Shown here piece by piece: positions 26,340-44,254 of a DNA stretch of 64,000 nucleotides. Source of the stretch: Eledone cirrhosa (Eukaryota); assembly GCA_964016885.1 (NCBI GenBank), contig OZ024755.1, positions 10,230,001-10,294,000 of the forward strand. Reading direction: 5' to 3'. Position numbers and translations under genes: made by a program. The notes under the pieces are model-generated. The model ran no database searches, was not told where the DNA came from, and was given only the letters and a program-made list of their open reading frames with translations. Position 1 is the stretch's first letter. Each line of letters begins with the position of its first letter.

Positions 26340-27260
26340 TATCGCCATCACCACTACCACCAACTCCATCACCATCAACACCCCCACCACCACGAACTCT
26401 ACCACCACCAACAACAACAACTCCATCACCACCACCACCATCACCACGAACTCTACCACCACCAACAACAACTCCATCACCACCACCACCACCACGAACT
26501 CTACCACCACCAACACCACCCCCACGAACTCTACCACCACCAACAACTCCATCACCACCACCACCACCACGAACTCTACCACCACCAACAACTCCATCAC
26601 CAACACCACCACCACCAACAACAACAACAACATCACCACCAAGTCTACCACCACCACCAACTCTACCACCACCACCACCAACTCTACCACCACCACCACC
26701 AACTCCATCACCAACACCACCACCAACAACAACAACTCCATCACCACCAAGTCTACCACCACCAACACCACCACCACCAACAACAACAACAACATCACCA
26801 CCAACTCTACCACCACCACCAACTCTACCACCACCACCACCATCACCAACTCCATCACCAACACCACCACCAACAACAACAACTCCATCACCACCAAGTC
26901 TACCACCACCAACACCACCACCACCAACTCTACCACCACCACCAACTCTACCAACACCACCACCAACTCCATCACCAACACCACCACCAACAACAACAAC
27001 TCCATCACCACCAAGTCTACCACCACCAACACCACCACCACCAACTCTACCACCACCACCATCACCACCACGAACTCTACCATCACCAACAACAACAACT
27101 CCATCACCAACAACTCCATCACCACCACCACCACCACCACCACCAACACCACCAACTCTACCACCAACAACAACTCCATCACCAACACCACCACCAACAA
27201 CAACAACAACTCCATCACCACCACCAACTACCACCACCACCATCACCACCACCACCACCA
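26340..27260. repeat. Cryptic (ACC/AAC)n trinucleotide array
   Basis: Direct reading; explains the Thr/Asn-, Val- and Gly-rich pseudo-ORFs. Confidence 0.95.
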
Positions 27261-27405
27261 CGTCCAACTCCACCTACAATCCTTTCCATTTTGTTTTATC
27301 TTTCCTATCTTCTAATCTTCCTCCCACATACTTCTGACACTTCTGTATTGATTATTCCATTCACCTGGCGACTGACTACCAACCATATTTCCACATATAT
27401 TATAA

Positions 27406-29742
<2,337 letters not shown>

Positions 29743-30010
29743 TTTATGCTGTTTTTTAAAGTCACAATAAAAGTATGCTGTCATGTATGAAAAAATTAGT
29801 CCCTCCCCACACACAAAAAAAGAAAAAAAAACAAGATAAATCACCAAAACAACATGAAACCTTTCTCATAAACAAAATACGTTTCATATTTTGAAAAACA
29901 TTTTAGTCTGTATACAAAATATAAAATATTAATGTAAAATATGTACATATTATGTTCTGTGTATCTATTATCTTTACTATTGTTATTATCCTTCGTATTA
30001 TTATCATTAG

Positions 30011-31060
30011 TGAGCGCAGTGGATTGGTAGAATCGGTAGAGGGTCGGACGCCATGCTTTGCAGCATTGAGTTACGGCCATTTACGTTCTGAGTTCAAATT
30101 CCGCCGAAGTTAGCTTTGCCTTTCATCCTTACGGGGTCGATAAAATAAAGTACCAGTAATGCACTGGGGTCCATGTAATTGACTTTCCTCTCTCCCAATA
30201 TTGCTGGCCTTGTGCCTATAGTAGAAACCATTCAGAACAGTAGATTAGCAGTATCGGTAGAGCGTCGGACAACATGTTTTGTGACATTGGTGACCTTGTG
30301 TCTCAATCATAAACCATTATTATTTTGGTGGATTGGCAGTATCAGTAGAGGGTCGGACGCCATGCTCTCCAGCATAGTTACGTCCCTTTACGATCTGAGT
30401 TCAAATCCCGCCGAGGTTGACTTTGCCTTTCATCCTTACGGGGTCGATAAAATAAAGTACCAGTAATGCACTGGGTAATTGCTGGCCTTGTGCCAAAAGT
30501 AGAAACAATTATTATTATTATGCCTTTCATCCTTACGGGGTCGATAAAATAAAGTACCAGTAATGCACTGGTGAATTGCTGGCCTTGTGCCTAAAGTAGA
30601 AACAATTATTTTAACTAAATGCCACGAGACATGATGTCCGACGCTCTAACGATTCTGACAATCTTCTTAAATAATTTATTATATTCATTTAACAAAAAAG
30701 GTTAACATGGATGGATTGCCATCAATTTGGGTGGCATGGGGAGTCTGACTGTATGGATGGATTGCATTATATAGCTACTTGGGATTGGCAGTATCGGTAG
30801 AGCGTCAGACACCATGTTCTCTAGCATAGAGTTATGACCCTTTACGTTCTGAGTTCAAATCCCGCCGAGGTTAACGCCTTTCATCTTTACGGGGGTCGAT
30901 AAAATAAAGTACCAGTAATGCACTGCGGCAATTGCAGGCCTTGTTCCTAAAGTAGAAATAATTATTTCGCTTCTTGGTACTTACTGTATTCTATGTATAG
31001 AGGGTTCAATATAGTCGACTTTCCCATTCCCCCAAATTGCTGGCCTTGTGCCAACATTGT
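30011..31060 (+). mobile_element. Cluster of SINE family A copies and fragments
   Basis: Copies at about 30011-30230, 30326-30520, 30521-30612 (3' duplicate) and 30781-30965, plus head and tail fragments. Confidence 0.88.
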
Positions 31061-31083
31061 CGTCATTCACACACACACACTCG

Positions 31084-31150
<67 letters not shown>

Positions 31151-31616
31151 ATATATAATATATATATATATATAATAATGTATATAATAAAGAATTTTTT
31201 CAACCATCATAATTTTTCCCCCAAACATCTTCCGATCCTTGTAAAAAAAAACTCTTTCCTTATTCACTGCGTTAACTGTCTTTGTAATGTCACATTCATA
31301 CGCCGGCCCTTGTGGCCAATAAATGACATCATTATTATTACGATTATTATCATCATCTACAATATCATTTATAATATTTAATAATTTAATAATTTATATA
31401 TATATATATATAATATATAATAAATAATATTTTTATTATGAAGGAGTGTTCCATTTTTGTCTATATTACAAATTGATCTGGTGTCGCTAATATTTCACAA
31501 TGGCTGACTGCTCTTTCTCTTTCATTCCTCCCTCTTCCCCCTTTTATTCTTATATATATGCATTGCTTGAAAGGGTGGGGTTAGAAAATTGGGGAATGAA
31601 GAGAATGGTAATATGC

Positions 31617-31674
<58 letters not shown>

Positions 31675-31750
31675 CATTTATTGTTTTTTTTTCATTCTTT
31701 GTATATATAGAGATGGATAGACAAACACACACACATATATATATATGTAA

Positions 31751-31783
<33 letters not shown>

Positions 31784-31793
31784 GTAAATATAT

Positions 31794-31824
<31 letters not shown>

Positions 31825-32129
31825 AATATATAATATATTAGAGAGAGAGACAAACATCTGTATTCATTGTCGTTCTATTTCCAGTAAATTTAACCATCGA
31901 CATCTACACACTCACACACACACAGATATATACACACACACGCACACACACATGTATGTATGTATGTATGTATGTATGTATGTATGTATGTATGTATGTA
32001 TGTATGTATGTATGTATGTATGTATGTATGTATGTATGTATGTATGTATGTATGTATGTATGTATGTATGTATGTGTGTGTGTGTGTGTGTGCGTGCGTG
32101 TGCGTGTGCGTGTGTGTGTATGAATGCTT

Positions 32130-32890
32130 TTCTGGTGATGGTGGTGGTGGTGTTCGTTGTGACAGTGGTGGCGGTGTTGGAGGTATTGGCTGTGTTGGCG
32201 GCGCTGGTGACAGTGGTGGCGGTGCTAGTGATTTTGGTGCTGGTGACTGGTGGCGGTGTTGGAGGTGTTGGTCGCGGTGACTGTGTTGGCGGTGCTGGCG
32301 GTGTTGGCGGTGTGGCGGTGCTGGTGACGGTGTTGGCGGTGTTGGTCGTGGTGACTGTGTTGGCGGTGCTGGCGGTGTGGTGGTGGTGTTGGCCGTGTTG
32401 GCGGTGTTGGTCGCGGTGACTGTGTTGGCGGTGTTGGCGGTGTGGCGGTGCTGGTGACGGTGTTGGCGGTGTTGGTCGTGGTGACTGTGTTGGCGGTGCT
32501 GGCGGTGTGGTGGTGGTGTTGGCCGTGTTGGCGGTGTTGGTCGCGGTGACTGTGTTGGCGGTGTTGGCGGTGTGGCGGTGCTGGTGACGGTGTTGGCGGT
32601 GTTGGTCGTGGTGACTGTGTTGGCGGTGCTGGCGGTGTTGGCGGTGTTGGCGGTGTTGGTCGTGGTGACTGTGTTGGCGGTGCTGGTGACAGTGGTGGTG
32701 GTGTCGGCCGTGTTGGCGGTGTTGGTCGTGGTGACTGTGTTGGCGGTGTTGGCGGTGTTGGTCGTGGTGACTGTGTTGGCGGTGCTGGTGGTGGTGGTGA
32801 CAGTGGTGGTGGTGTCGGCCGTGTTGGCGGTGTTGGTCGTGGTGACTGTGTTGGCGGTGTGGCGGTGCTGATGACAGTGGTGGCGGTGTC
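32130..32890. repeat. (GGT/GGC)-rich cryptic repeat with about 120-bp higher-order units
   Basis: Direct reading. Confidence 0.92.
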
Positions 32891-32995
32891 GGTAGATATG
32901 TATTATGTCATTTCTGTTACACATTGTTACTTTCTTGAAAATATTCTGTTGTGACATTCCTACTGAAGGAACAATTATGACGGGCTTCAGACATT

Positions 32996-33107
<112 letters not shown>

Positions 33108-33595
33108 GCATGTGTGTAAGTGTGACTGTGTGAGAGTATGTGTGTAAGAGAGAATGTATAGGTATGTGATAGATATTGTAACTATGAGTGTGGGAGCCTG
33201 TGCTAGTGTATGTGTGTGTGTGTTTGTGTCAGAGAGAGGGGGAGAGAGAGAAACAGAGATTGTGTGTGTGCGTGAGAAGCTATGTTTGTGAATATGTGGG
33301 TGCGTGCGTATGATAGAATGCCAGCGAAACAGAATGAGTGTCTACGAGTGTTTCTGAGTGTGTGTATATGTATTACTGAGTGTGTATGTGTTACTGAGTG
33401 TGTGTGTATGTATTACTGAGTGTATATGTATTACTGAGTGTGTATGTGTTACTGAGTGTGTATGTGTTACTGAGTGTGTTTGTGTATGTGTTACTGAATA
33501 TGTGTGTATGTGTTACTGAGTGTGTGTGTATGTGTGTGTTTGCATGTGTCTTGATTATCTGGACACGTTGAGGCTTGTTGATTGGTAGAGATGTC

Positions 33596-33985
33596 AGAGG
33601 GTGGTTCCCTACACTGTGACTATGGCACACTGGTGTGCTACGAGATGTAATTAGGTGGGTGTGACACGAGATGTCATTAGGTGTGCCACGAGATGTAATT
33701 AGGTGTGACACGAGATGTAATTAGGTGGGTGTGACACGAGATTTAATTAGGTGTGCAACCAGATGTAGTTAGGTGTGCCGCGAGATGTTATTAGGTGTGC
33801 CACCAAATGTAATTAGGTGTGCCACCATATGTAATTAGGTGATCCGCGAGATGTAATTAGGTGTGCCGCGAGATGTAGTTAGGTGTGCCACCAGATGTAA
33901 TTAGGTGTGCCGCGAGATGTAATTAGGTGTGCACCATAGGTAATTAGGTGTGCCGCGAGATGTAATTAGGTGTGCCGTGAAAAAG
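33596..33985 (+). mobile_element. hAT-like left end with expanded 23-bp sub-terminal repeat
   Basis: GTGGTTCCCTACACTGTG...GGCACACTGGTGTGC.ACGAGA resembles hAT (Charlie-like) termini; CGAGATGTAATTAGGTGTGCC.. repeated about 15 times. Confidence 0.5.
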
Positions 33986-34181
33986 CAAGATTCTATTTCA
34001 AAATATGAAAAATACAAATTGAAATTCGTAACAAACTCCATAAATAAATGACAAAGAGGGAAAACAACTAAGAATGAAAAACATTGCCAAGAACCTCACC
34101 AAGTCCATGTTTCTCGTTGATAACTTTGCTCCATTTATTGACTAAAGAAGGAAGTAGAAATAATTTTACTGTGTTGCTTAA

Positions 34182-34553
34182 CCCTTTAGCATTTAAACCG
34201 GCCATATCCGGCTAGAATTCTCTCACCTCTTTCTGTTCAAACTGGCTGCAGCTGGCCACTCATACTGATGTTAAGGTATTGTTCTCAAAATAAATAATAT
34301 CAAAATCTCATAGATTCAATATTATGTGAAATAATTGTTTCTAGTTTTGGCACAAGGCCAACAATTATCCCAGTGCATTACTGGTACTTTATTTTATCGA
34401 CCCCGAAAGAATGAAAGGCAAAGTTAACCTCGGCGGGATTTGAACACAGACCGTAAAGGGCCGTAACTCTATGCTACAAAGTGTGGCGTCCGACCCTCTA
34501 CCGATACCGTAAAAATATAATAGTATACATAGAGTAATGTGAATGCTAAAGGG
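34182..34553 (+). mobile_element. piggyBac-type MITE containing a SINE A insertion
   Basis: TTAA on both flanks, TIR CCCTTTAGCATT / AATGCTAAAGGG; SINE A on the minus strand at about 34328-34508. Confidence 0.85.
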
Positions 34554-35039
34554 TTAAGAAAAAAACCCTCCGACGGGAAACGAACTTAGGATCAAGAGTC
34601 GAACGCCCTGACCGCTAATCCACGCGCCTTCTCCATAACAAAAAACAAAACATAAGATGTGATGTATTTATCTAAATATCTTCTTTCCAAAAGTGGTTAA
34701 CATGTGGTTCTTTTTCGGAATTTTCGCAGAGCTAGACAAAACAATGATTACTAAAATAGATTAGCAGAGAAAATAAGGTCGTTCACAGCTGCTTCTCGTT
34801 AGCACTAACCCTAATTGACTACATAATCTTCATAAAATCTTAATATCATTCATGTTCCTTGCTGACTCTGTAGATCTAAAATGGTTGCTATACACACACA
34901 AACACAAAGACGCATACATATAACACGCAACCATGCATATGAACATAGTTCAAGATTAAAAAAGACAAACACAGAGACGATTATACAAAGTATTAAAGAA
35001 AGAATTTCATATATATATATGCATGTATGTATTTATGTG

Positions 35040-35111
<72 letters not shown>

Positions 35112-35424
35112 TAAATACATGTGTGTGTGTGAGTATGCGTGCGTGTGTATGTGTGTGTGTGTGTGTGTGTTCTCTTAAACCAATTATTAAGAAGTCATTG
35201 TTTTTTGTTATTTACTGAGGTAAAAATCTAGTTGACTAGCAGAAAGTACATATGTACTAAGGATTCTTTATACAGACGCACCACCTACTAGAAATAGCAA
35301 CCAAAACACCCTCAAATCACCTTCTATTGTCTTAAGAAAAAAATCAACTATATGATAATGTAATCCTAGATGTACTATAGTTTTTCAAAAACCCCAATAG
35401 TCACGGTTGGAATATGCTTGTAAT

Positions 35425-35590
35425 GCAGACATGGTTGAGTGGTTAAAAAATTCGCTTCGCAACCACCTGCTTTCAGGTCCTGTCCCACTGTGCGGCACCG
35501 TGGGCATATGGCTTTCTATTATAACCACGAGTTGACCAATGCCTTAAGAGTGAAATCTGGTAGATAAAAACCGTATGGAAGCACGTCGTA
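35425..35590 (+). mobile_element. Diverged tRNA-derived SINE
   Basis: GCAGACATGGTTGAGTGGTTAA...CAGGTCCTGTCCCACTG head; similar to the 57288 copy. Confidence 0.55.
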
Positions 35591-36569
35591 CACTCATTCA
35601 CACAGAGACACAGACGCAGACACATATCTATTTATATGTGTGTGATATATATATATATGCGCGCGAGCGCGTGCGTGTGTGTGTGTGTGTGTGTAAGTAG
35701 AGTGAAGTGATTTTTTTTTGTATATGTACGAGGGTGAATAACATTTAAGGTTGATGAAATGAAATTAAGATATCTTTTTATAAACGACATAAATCGTAAG
35801 TATTAAAGGTGGGAGAATGATATATTTTTTATTGAACTAGATTTAGTTTTATTAATTGCATATTTGAACTAGAACTCTCAGATCTATATCATCACCACCC
35901 CACACACATGCAGTACACACACAGATACGCACTTGACCAGACACATGCATACACACACACATACAAGTTACCAAGAAGAAAATACTCACGCCAAATATTT
36001 GATTGTGGGAGAAGAGAGATCAACAAACCTTGCCAATCCTATTGATACAAAACATAATAGAACCATTTCCAGATCTAGCCAGGTCAACAATGAAATGAGA
36101 GGTCATATCGACATTTTAAATATTACTTAGCCCACACATAGCCTACTGTATATTTGGACAATACTCATATGGCCCAAAAAGCATTTGGACAGTGCCCAGG
36201 TGGGCCAATGGCTGAGTAAGTGTAAAATAAAAATACTGCTGGAAAGATATCTCGGAAAATAACTCAGAGTTGCTGCTGCACAAAAAAAAAAAAAAAAAAA
36301 TGAAACGATAATGGAAAGCACTTTATCTGGACAGTGAAAACCCACCTCGGGTTCCCACCAGTCATCAATTACTTAGTCAGTGTCACCTTAGCTGAACTGA
36401 GTAGACACACCTCTGGGCCTCGGTAGTCAGTTAGTCAGGGTCACTTTAGCAGAGCAGTGAACATACACCTTTTGGTCCTCAGCAGTCAGTTGGTCCGAAT
36501 AGAACAGATTTCTTCCAGAGAATGATAGAGGGTACGACAAAAGAAGTGAGAAAGAGATATAGAGGAAAA

Positions 36570-36731
36570 ATCGACCCCAGTACTAGACTGGTAATCTTTT
36601 TTTATCGACCTGGAATGGATGAAAGACAAAGTTGACCACGGTGGGATTTGAACTCAGAGACCATTGAGCCGAAACGAATACCGCAAAACATTCTATCGGA
36701 CCTTCTAACGATTCTGTCAATTCACCGCCCT
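36570..36731 (-). mobile_element. SINE family A (older subfamily)
   Basis: Reverse-complement head, B box and core. Confidence 0.8.
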
Positions 36732-37198
36732 TGATAGCTCAATACATTGTTTGGTTAATAGAATAAAATAGAATAGAAACTAAACACATTAGTTACAGTA
36801 GCAGACTTTATAATGGAGTTAGTTGGAAATACTGCACTAGTTGAAATAGTCTCTAGTCTAAAAGTTTTTTTTTTTTCTGAATGAGATCAGGTGACATGTG
36901 GTTTATATCAACTGTCATATCAAATATGTGAAAAATAGAATAAATATATAAACATATGTATGAAGTTTTGACATTTTGACGTGAGGAAACAACTGTCGCA
37001 GCAATTACGTTATCACAGATGTACAAACGAAAGTGGCTAGCGCTAGCAATCAAAACCAACGCAGAGATAGAAACAAAAAACAAACGAAACCTAGAGAATT
37101 GTGCTTTTCTCTTTTTTAATCATATTTATTTCTGTCAATGTTTTGGATGGATGGCTGCGACAATTGACACCTCTTACAATATATTCTGGCAATACCTA

Positions 37199-37269
<71 letters not shown>

Positions 37270-37272
<3 letters not shown>

Positions 37273-37519
37273 TAAACAGAATAATTATGAAGCTTGTTTC
37301 ATTCCCCTACGGTTAGCTATACTCTTTGTTGTTCTCCTGTCTCACTCGCTTTACGCGTTTTAATTGTCCTAATAACTTATTTTAGTTATTATTGCACCGA
37401 CGTGAGGTATATGATTTTTAATGCAATGAAATATCTATGATCGTCGGCAAATCACTGATGAGGGACTCATTTTATTACATGTTATCCATGCGCTTCCTGC
37501 AGTATTTTTCTCCATATTT

Positions 37520-37522
<3 letters not shown>
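37270..37522 (+). repeat. Unclassified interspersed repeat family G (diverged)
   Basis: GCACCGACGTGAGGTATATG...CACTGATGAGGGAC aligns with 52297-52470 and the reverse complement of 50960-51140. Confidence 0.6.
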
Positions 37523-37566
<44 letters not shown>

Positions 37567-37650
37567 TGAGACAGTAAACAGAAAACAAAAAAAACGTGGA
37601 AGCGAAGAGGCGGTACAAATGTTATTAGTTTCACGCTTCAGAGTGGGGGG

Positions 37651-37683
37651 GGGGCGTTTCGGGCATTTGCCCTTCCTCAGGAG
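37651..37683 (-). ncRNA. Decayed minimal hammerhead (Penelope-type)
   Basis: CTGAGGA-A-GGGC(AAAT)GCCC-GAAACG; cleavage triplet lost; downstream AGCGTGAAACTAATAA shared with the 48643 and 62341 copies. Confidence 0.6.
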
Positions 37684-37829
37684 AAAGGTGGGCAGGAAGA
37701 GAGTTCTGAAGGTGTGTGGGGGAGTGGTGGAAGGACATTAGAAAAATTATTTTAAAAAAAGGGGGGGGGGTTGGGGAGAGTAAAAAAATTGAAAATAAAA
37801 AGAATATATATATATATATATATATAAAA

Positions 37830-37873
<44 letters not shown>

Positions 37874-37991
37874 ATATATATATAAGAATATATATATATA
37901 TATATATATATATAAGAATATATATATATATATATATATATAAGAATATATATATATATATATATAAGAATATATATATATATATATATAA

Positions 37992-38079
<88 letters not shown>

Positions 38080-38121
38080 TTATAATATAATATATATATG
38101 CATGTAAGTATATAAATATGC

Positions 38122-38165
<44 letters not shown>

Positions 38166-38229
38166 TATTTATATACTTACATGCATATATAAATTATATT
38201 ATAAATGTATATATATATATATATATATA

Positions 38230-38650
38230 ATTCAAGAAAGAAGAGTGACATGGTTCGCTATACAATAAGGGCTTTATTAAAATTGCTGACAATTGTTTAT
38301 TTGATCTGGTAGGTCTAGAGTTCGCTGTCCGCCTGATTATGCGCCAATCGATCTCCAATACTTTGTTTATAACCAGTCGTTTTCATCAGAGCACGCGAAA
38401 TGACAGAAACAATTGTCAGCAATGTGAATAAAGCCGTTTATTGTAGAGCGAACCATGTCACTCTTCTTTCTTGAATATAATTACTCCAAGTATAAACTAC
38501 ATAGAAATCACCGCGAACTCGCAGTATCACTATGGAAACGTCTAGTTGAGTCAAACTAAGCCACACGTTAATACTATCCACTACACAGAGTACTCCAACT
38601 GGACTACATCTAAGTGGACTGCCTATAACGATAACTTGTTATCATATTTA
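38230..38650. mobile_element. Fold-back PLE-like element
   Basis: Inverted arms 38230-38298 / 38407-38476, unique tail to about 38650, microsatellites on both flanks. Confidence 0.7.
38284..38393 (-). ncRNA. Hammerhead with about 83-nt stem II domain
   Basis: Minus: TGCT-CTGATGA-[83 nt, closed by GACTGGT/ACCAGATC]-TAAA-CAATTG-TC-AGCA; the inverted arm keeps the intact GAAACAATTGTCAGCA at 38406. Confidence 0.6.
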
Positions 38651-38653
38651 TAT

Positions 38654-38724
<71 letters not shown>

Positions 38725-38950
38725 TATGTAAGTGTATAACATGTACAATATATATATATATATATACAGGAAATATTTGGCTTAAAATGGAACTACTGCA
38801 TGTAAAACTGCGACTAACAACTTCATAGTTAATGGTTTGAAGTATTTGTATTAATAACATTTGTGATATTTAGAATCAATTTACTCTAATTATTTCTACT
38901 TCTACATACATTCGAAATAAGGAAATGAAATTCGGCCAACATAAGTATCC

Positions 38951-39021
<71 letters not shown>

Positions 39022-39024
39022 CAC

Positions 39025-39085
<61 letters not shown>

Positions 39086-39128
39086 TATATATATATATAT
39101 ACACATATATATTTATATATATATACAC

Positions 39129-39160
<32 letters not shown>

Positions 39161-39423
39161 ATATATATACACATATATATATATTTATATATATATATAT
39201 ATATATACATAAATATATATATATGCATGTCTATAGATATATTTATATATATATACATAAATATACATATGCATATATATAGATATATTTATATATATAT
39301 TCATAAATATATATATATGCATATATACGTACACACACACATTCACACACACATGCACACATATATGATAAATATATAGATATATGTAAGTGTATAACAT
39401 GTACAATATATACTGTATATATA

Positions 39424-39491
<68 letters not shown>

Positions 39492-39873
39492 GTGTGTGCG
39501 CGTGTGCGTGTGCGTGTGCGTGTGTGTGTGCGTGCGTGTGTGCGTGTGTGCGTGTGTGTGTGTGTGTGTGATAGAAGAAAGCAGTCTAATGCAAATGTCA
39601 AATACGCCTTATGCAAAAATTAGAGTTGTTTGTTGTTTAGCAACGGTTTCCTGACGTAAATCTTGTGGCTGAAACAAATTAACAGCTTACCATACCTATG
39701 TAGGTTTTACTGATTTCTTACGTGATTTCATTTCATAATCTTTTGGGGGATGTTTTTTATGATATGGGTCCTCGTTCCAATTTAAAAAAATGTATTACAA
39801 AAGCAAATGAACAGACATATATGTGGAAATTATTACAAAATGAGTAGTAGATATTGAATTTTTTTTAACTAAT

Positions 39874-40130
39874 TCAATACACCTCTATATGGACACCATT
39901 AGTTGCACGAAGCACATCAAGACGGTACTCGATTTCTTGCCATGTTCGCTGTCGCATAACCTCATCAATGGTGATAATGGCATCAGTGATCTTTCGCTTT
40001 ATATCAGTGATGTCCCGTATCTTTGTTTGATACACGATATCTTTCACATAACCCCATAGAAAGAGGTCCAGGGGAGTGATATCATTTGAACGATGTGGCC
40101 ACGGAATTGGGCCATCACTTCCAATCCACC
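39874..40130 (-). pseudogene. Tc1/mariner-superfamily transposase C-terminal fragment
   Basis: Minus translation WIGSDGPIPWPHRSNDITPLDLFLWGYVKDIVYQTK...RLDVLRATNGVHIEVY* matches the WPPRSPDLTPLDFFLWG motif. Confidence 0.88.
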
Positions 40131-40403
40131 ATTTATGTATAAATTTGAAAGAATTACCCGCGTGGCTAAGATATTATATAACATATTTAAAAAAAAAAAA
40201 CGTCGAGATATATAAATATATATATATAATATATGTATAAAATATATATATATTTATATATATATATATATGTATATATATTATATATATATATGATATC
40301 ACCTTCATCATGTTCACCTTGACCGACCAGTCTGTCGGGCGTCCATTCGGTGCCGCTGGTCACAGCACGTCGTGCTGTTTTAAACATAAGATCACGCCAA
40401 CCC

Positions 40404-42057
<1,654 letters not shown>

Positions 42058-42304
42058 TTATGAAGAGAGAAGATAGATGTGGATATATTCATGTATATGT
42101 GTGTGTCCGCATGTATCTGTGTGTTTCTCAATATATTGTATATATATATACATATAGATTTTGAGTATATGTTGGTTGTATACCAACACCTAAATATGCA
42201 GCTGGAGCACTGGACGAAGTGCGCAGGTTGGTTTGGTTACTCCGGAGTAATGTAAAATAAAGTTAAATATAAAGTCAAATGTTTAAAATTTAGCTTCGTT
42301 TATT

Positions 42305-42359
42305 ACTGCTATATATATTTCATTGACAGCCATCTTTGACTGTGACCTCTTCAGGCAGT
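42305..42359 (-). ncRNA. Type I hammerhead ribozyme
   Basis: Minus: ACTGC-CTGAAGA-GGTC ACAGTC(AAAGAT)GGCTGT CAAT-GAAA-TATATA-TA-GCAGT; perfect stem I, palindromic stem III. Confidence 0.8.
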
Positions 42360-42399
42360 CCGAATTAGTGTGGTATAGACAAGTACATATGTTGTTGAG

Positions 42400-42538
42400 G
42401 TGTATAATTTTGTCAATACTGTGATATGCCCAGTTCCTGCTTGGGTTTTTATTTCACTGAGGAACTGTTCCAGTTCCTCAATGAAATAACAACCCAACCA
42501 GGAACTGGGCATATCAGAGTATTGACAAAATTATATAC
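42400..42538. repeat. About 139-bp palindrome at the 5' end of the 42305 ribozyme element
   Basis: Arms pair around GAGGAACTG-TTC-CAGTTCCTC; abuts a (TA/CA)n tract. Confidence 0.85.
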
Positions 42539-42586
42539 TTACACACATACATACTTACATATATATATACATATATATACACACAT

Positions 42587-42637
<51 letters not shown>

Positions 42638-42738
42638 TACACACATATATATATATATACACATATATATATATACACACATATATACACACATATATAT
42701 ATATATACACATATATATATATACACATATATATATAT

Positions 42739-42808
<70 letters not shown>

Positions 42809-43079
42809 ATACGTATACAGACATACATACTTACATATATATATATATATAGGTAGAAAGATAAATACAAATATATATATATATATATATACAAATATAT
42901 ATATAAAGGTAGAAAGATAAATACAAATACTAGGAAATGACTAATATAGGGAAATGATTGACGTTGTTCATCTCAGATTAGATAAGTTATCAAAGAAAAA
43001 CATGAAGCAAACGATAACAGGAACAACGTCACGGTGACATTGTAATATTGAACATGTAAATCTCTTACCACTAAAAAAT

Positions 43080-43560
43080 GTAACACTAATATTACAGTGG
43101 TAATGGTGCAAACACAATCGTACAATGATAATGGTGCAAACACAATCGGTACAATGATAATGGTACAATCAGAGTTGGTACAATGGTAATGGTACAATCA
43201 GAGTTGGTACAATGGTTCAATGACAGTCGCTACAATGATAATTGTTTCTACTTTTGGCACAAGGCCAACAATTACCCAGTGTATTACTGGTACTTTATTT
43301 TATCGACCCCGTAAGGATGAAAGGCAAAGTTAACCTCGGCAGGATTTTAACTCAGAATGGCAAGGGCCGTAACTCTTTGCGTCAAAGCATGGCGTCCGTC
43401 TCTCTACCGATACTGCAATGGTAATGGTACAATCAGAGTTGATACAATGATAATAGTACAATCAGAGTTGGTACAATGATAATGGTACAATCAGAGTTGG
43501 TACACTGGTAATGGTAGAAACACAGTCGGTACAATGGTAATGGTACAATCAGAGTCGGCA
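43080..43560. repeat. About 29-bp minisatellite interrupted by SINE A (43240-43416, minus)
   Basis: GGTACAATGGTAATGGTACAATCAGAGTT units on both sides of the SINE. Confidence 0.85.
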
Positions 43561-43627
43561 CTACCATTAAGGCAAAAATAATGGTTCAGTAATGCAGCTA
43601 TGTTTAATTAGAAATTTGCATAATTAA

Positions 43628-43830
43628 CCTTTTACTCTATAAATACAGTTGTACTTTTATGGTAAAGGCTTTATTCTACATAATATCGAATCTATGAGAT
43701 TCTGATGTGATGTTATTTATTTTGAGAACAATACCTCAACATAAGTATGAGTAGCAAGTTACGACCGGTTTGAAGAGAAAGAAGTGATAGAATTCTGGCC
43801 GGATATGGCCGATTTAAATGCCTAAAAGGG
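43628..43830 (-). mobile_element. piggyBac-type MITE (same family as 34182, no SINE)
   Basis: TTAA flanks; internal GGCCGGATATGGCCG..TTTAAATGC matches the reverse complement of 34188-34215. Confidence 0.75.
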
Positions 43831-44100
43831 TTAAATTAATTATAAAAAAATGTGACCGTATATATTGCTAAACATTTTTACCCCATATTTGTGAGAATGG
43901 CGGAAATAATTGATAGCGGTGGTAGTGGCGGTGGTGGTGGTAGTGGTGGTGTAGATCACTCCTATCACCCACCCACTTCCATCCTTCCTCAACACAAGAC
44001 CAAGTCATCTCATTCCATTTTGTTTTCCACAACATTCATCACTGACTATATTTATCTCACCCAGTCACTTTCATCTTTCCTTAACATATGACCTAACCGT

Positions 44101-44193
<93 letters not shown>

Positions 44194-44254
44194 ACATGAA
44201 TCTTATATATAAGCCAAGTAATTCTTAGTGCGCTCTTGCCTTACGTACGTCACG

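Noticed and set aside
25918-27315. 465-aa Thr/Asn-rich mucin-like ORF and antisense Gly- or Val-rich ORFs
   Set aside because: Cryptic (ACC/AAC)n repeat open in several frames on both strands and continuous with (CA)n; no splice or domain evidence
31890-32957. Thr/Ala/Pro-rich antifreeze- or mucin-like ORF
   Set aside because: GGT/GGC simple repeat running into (TATG)n
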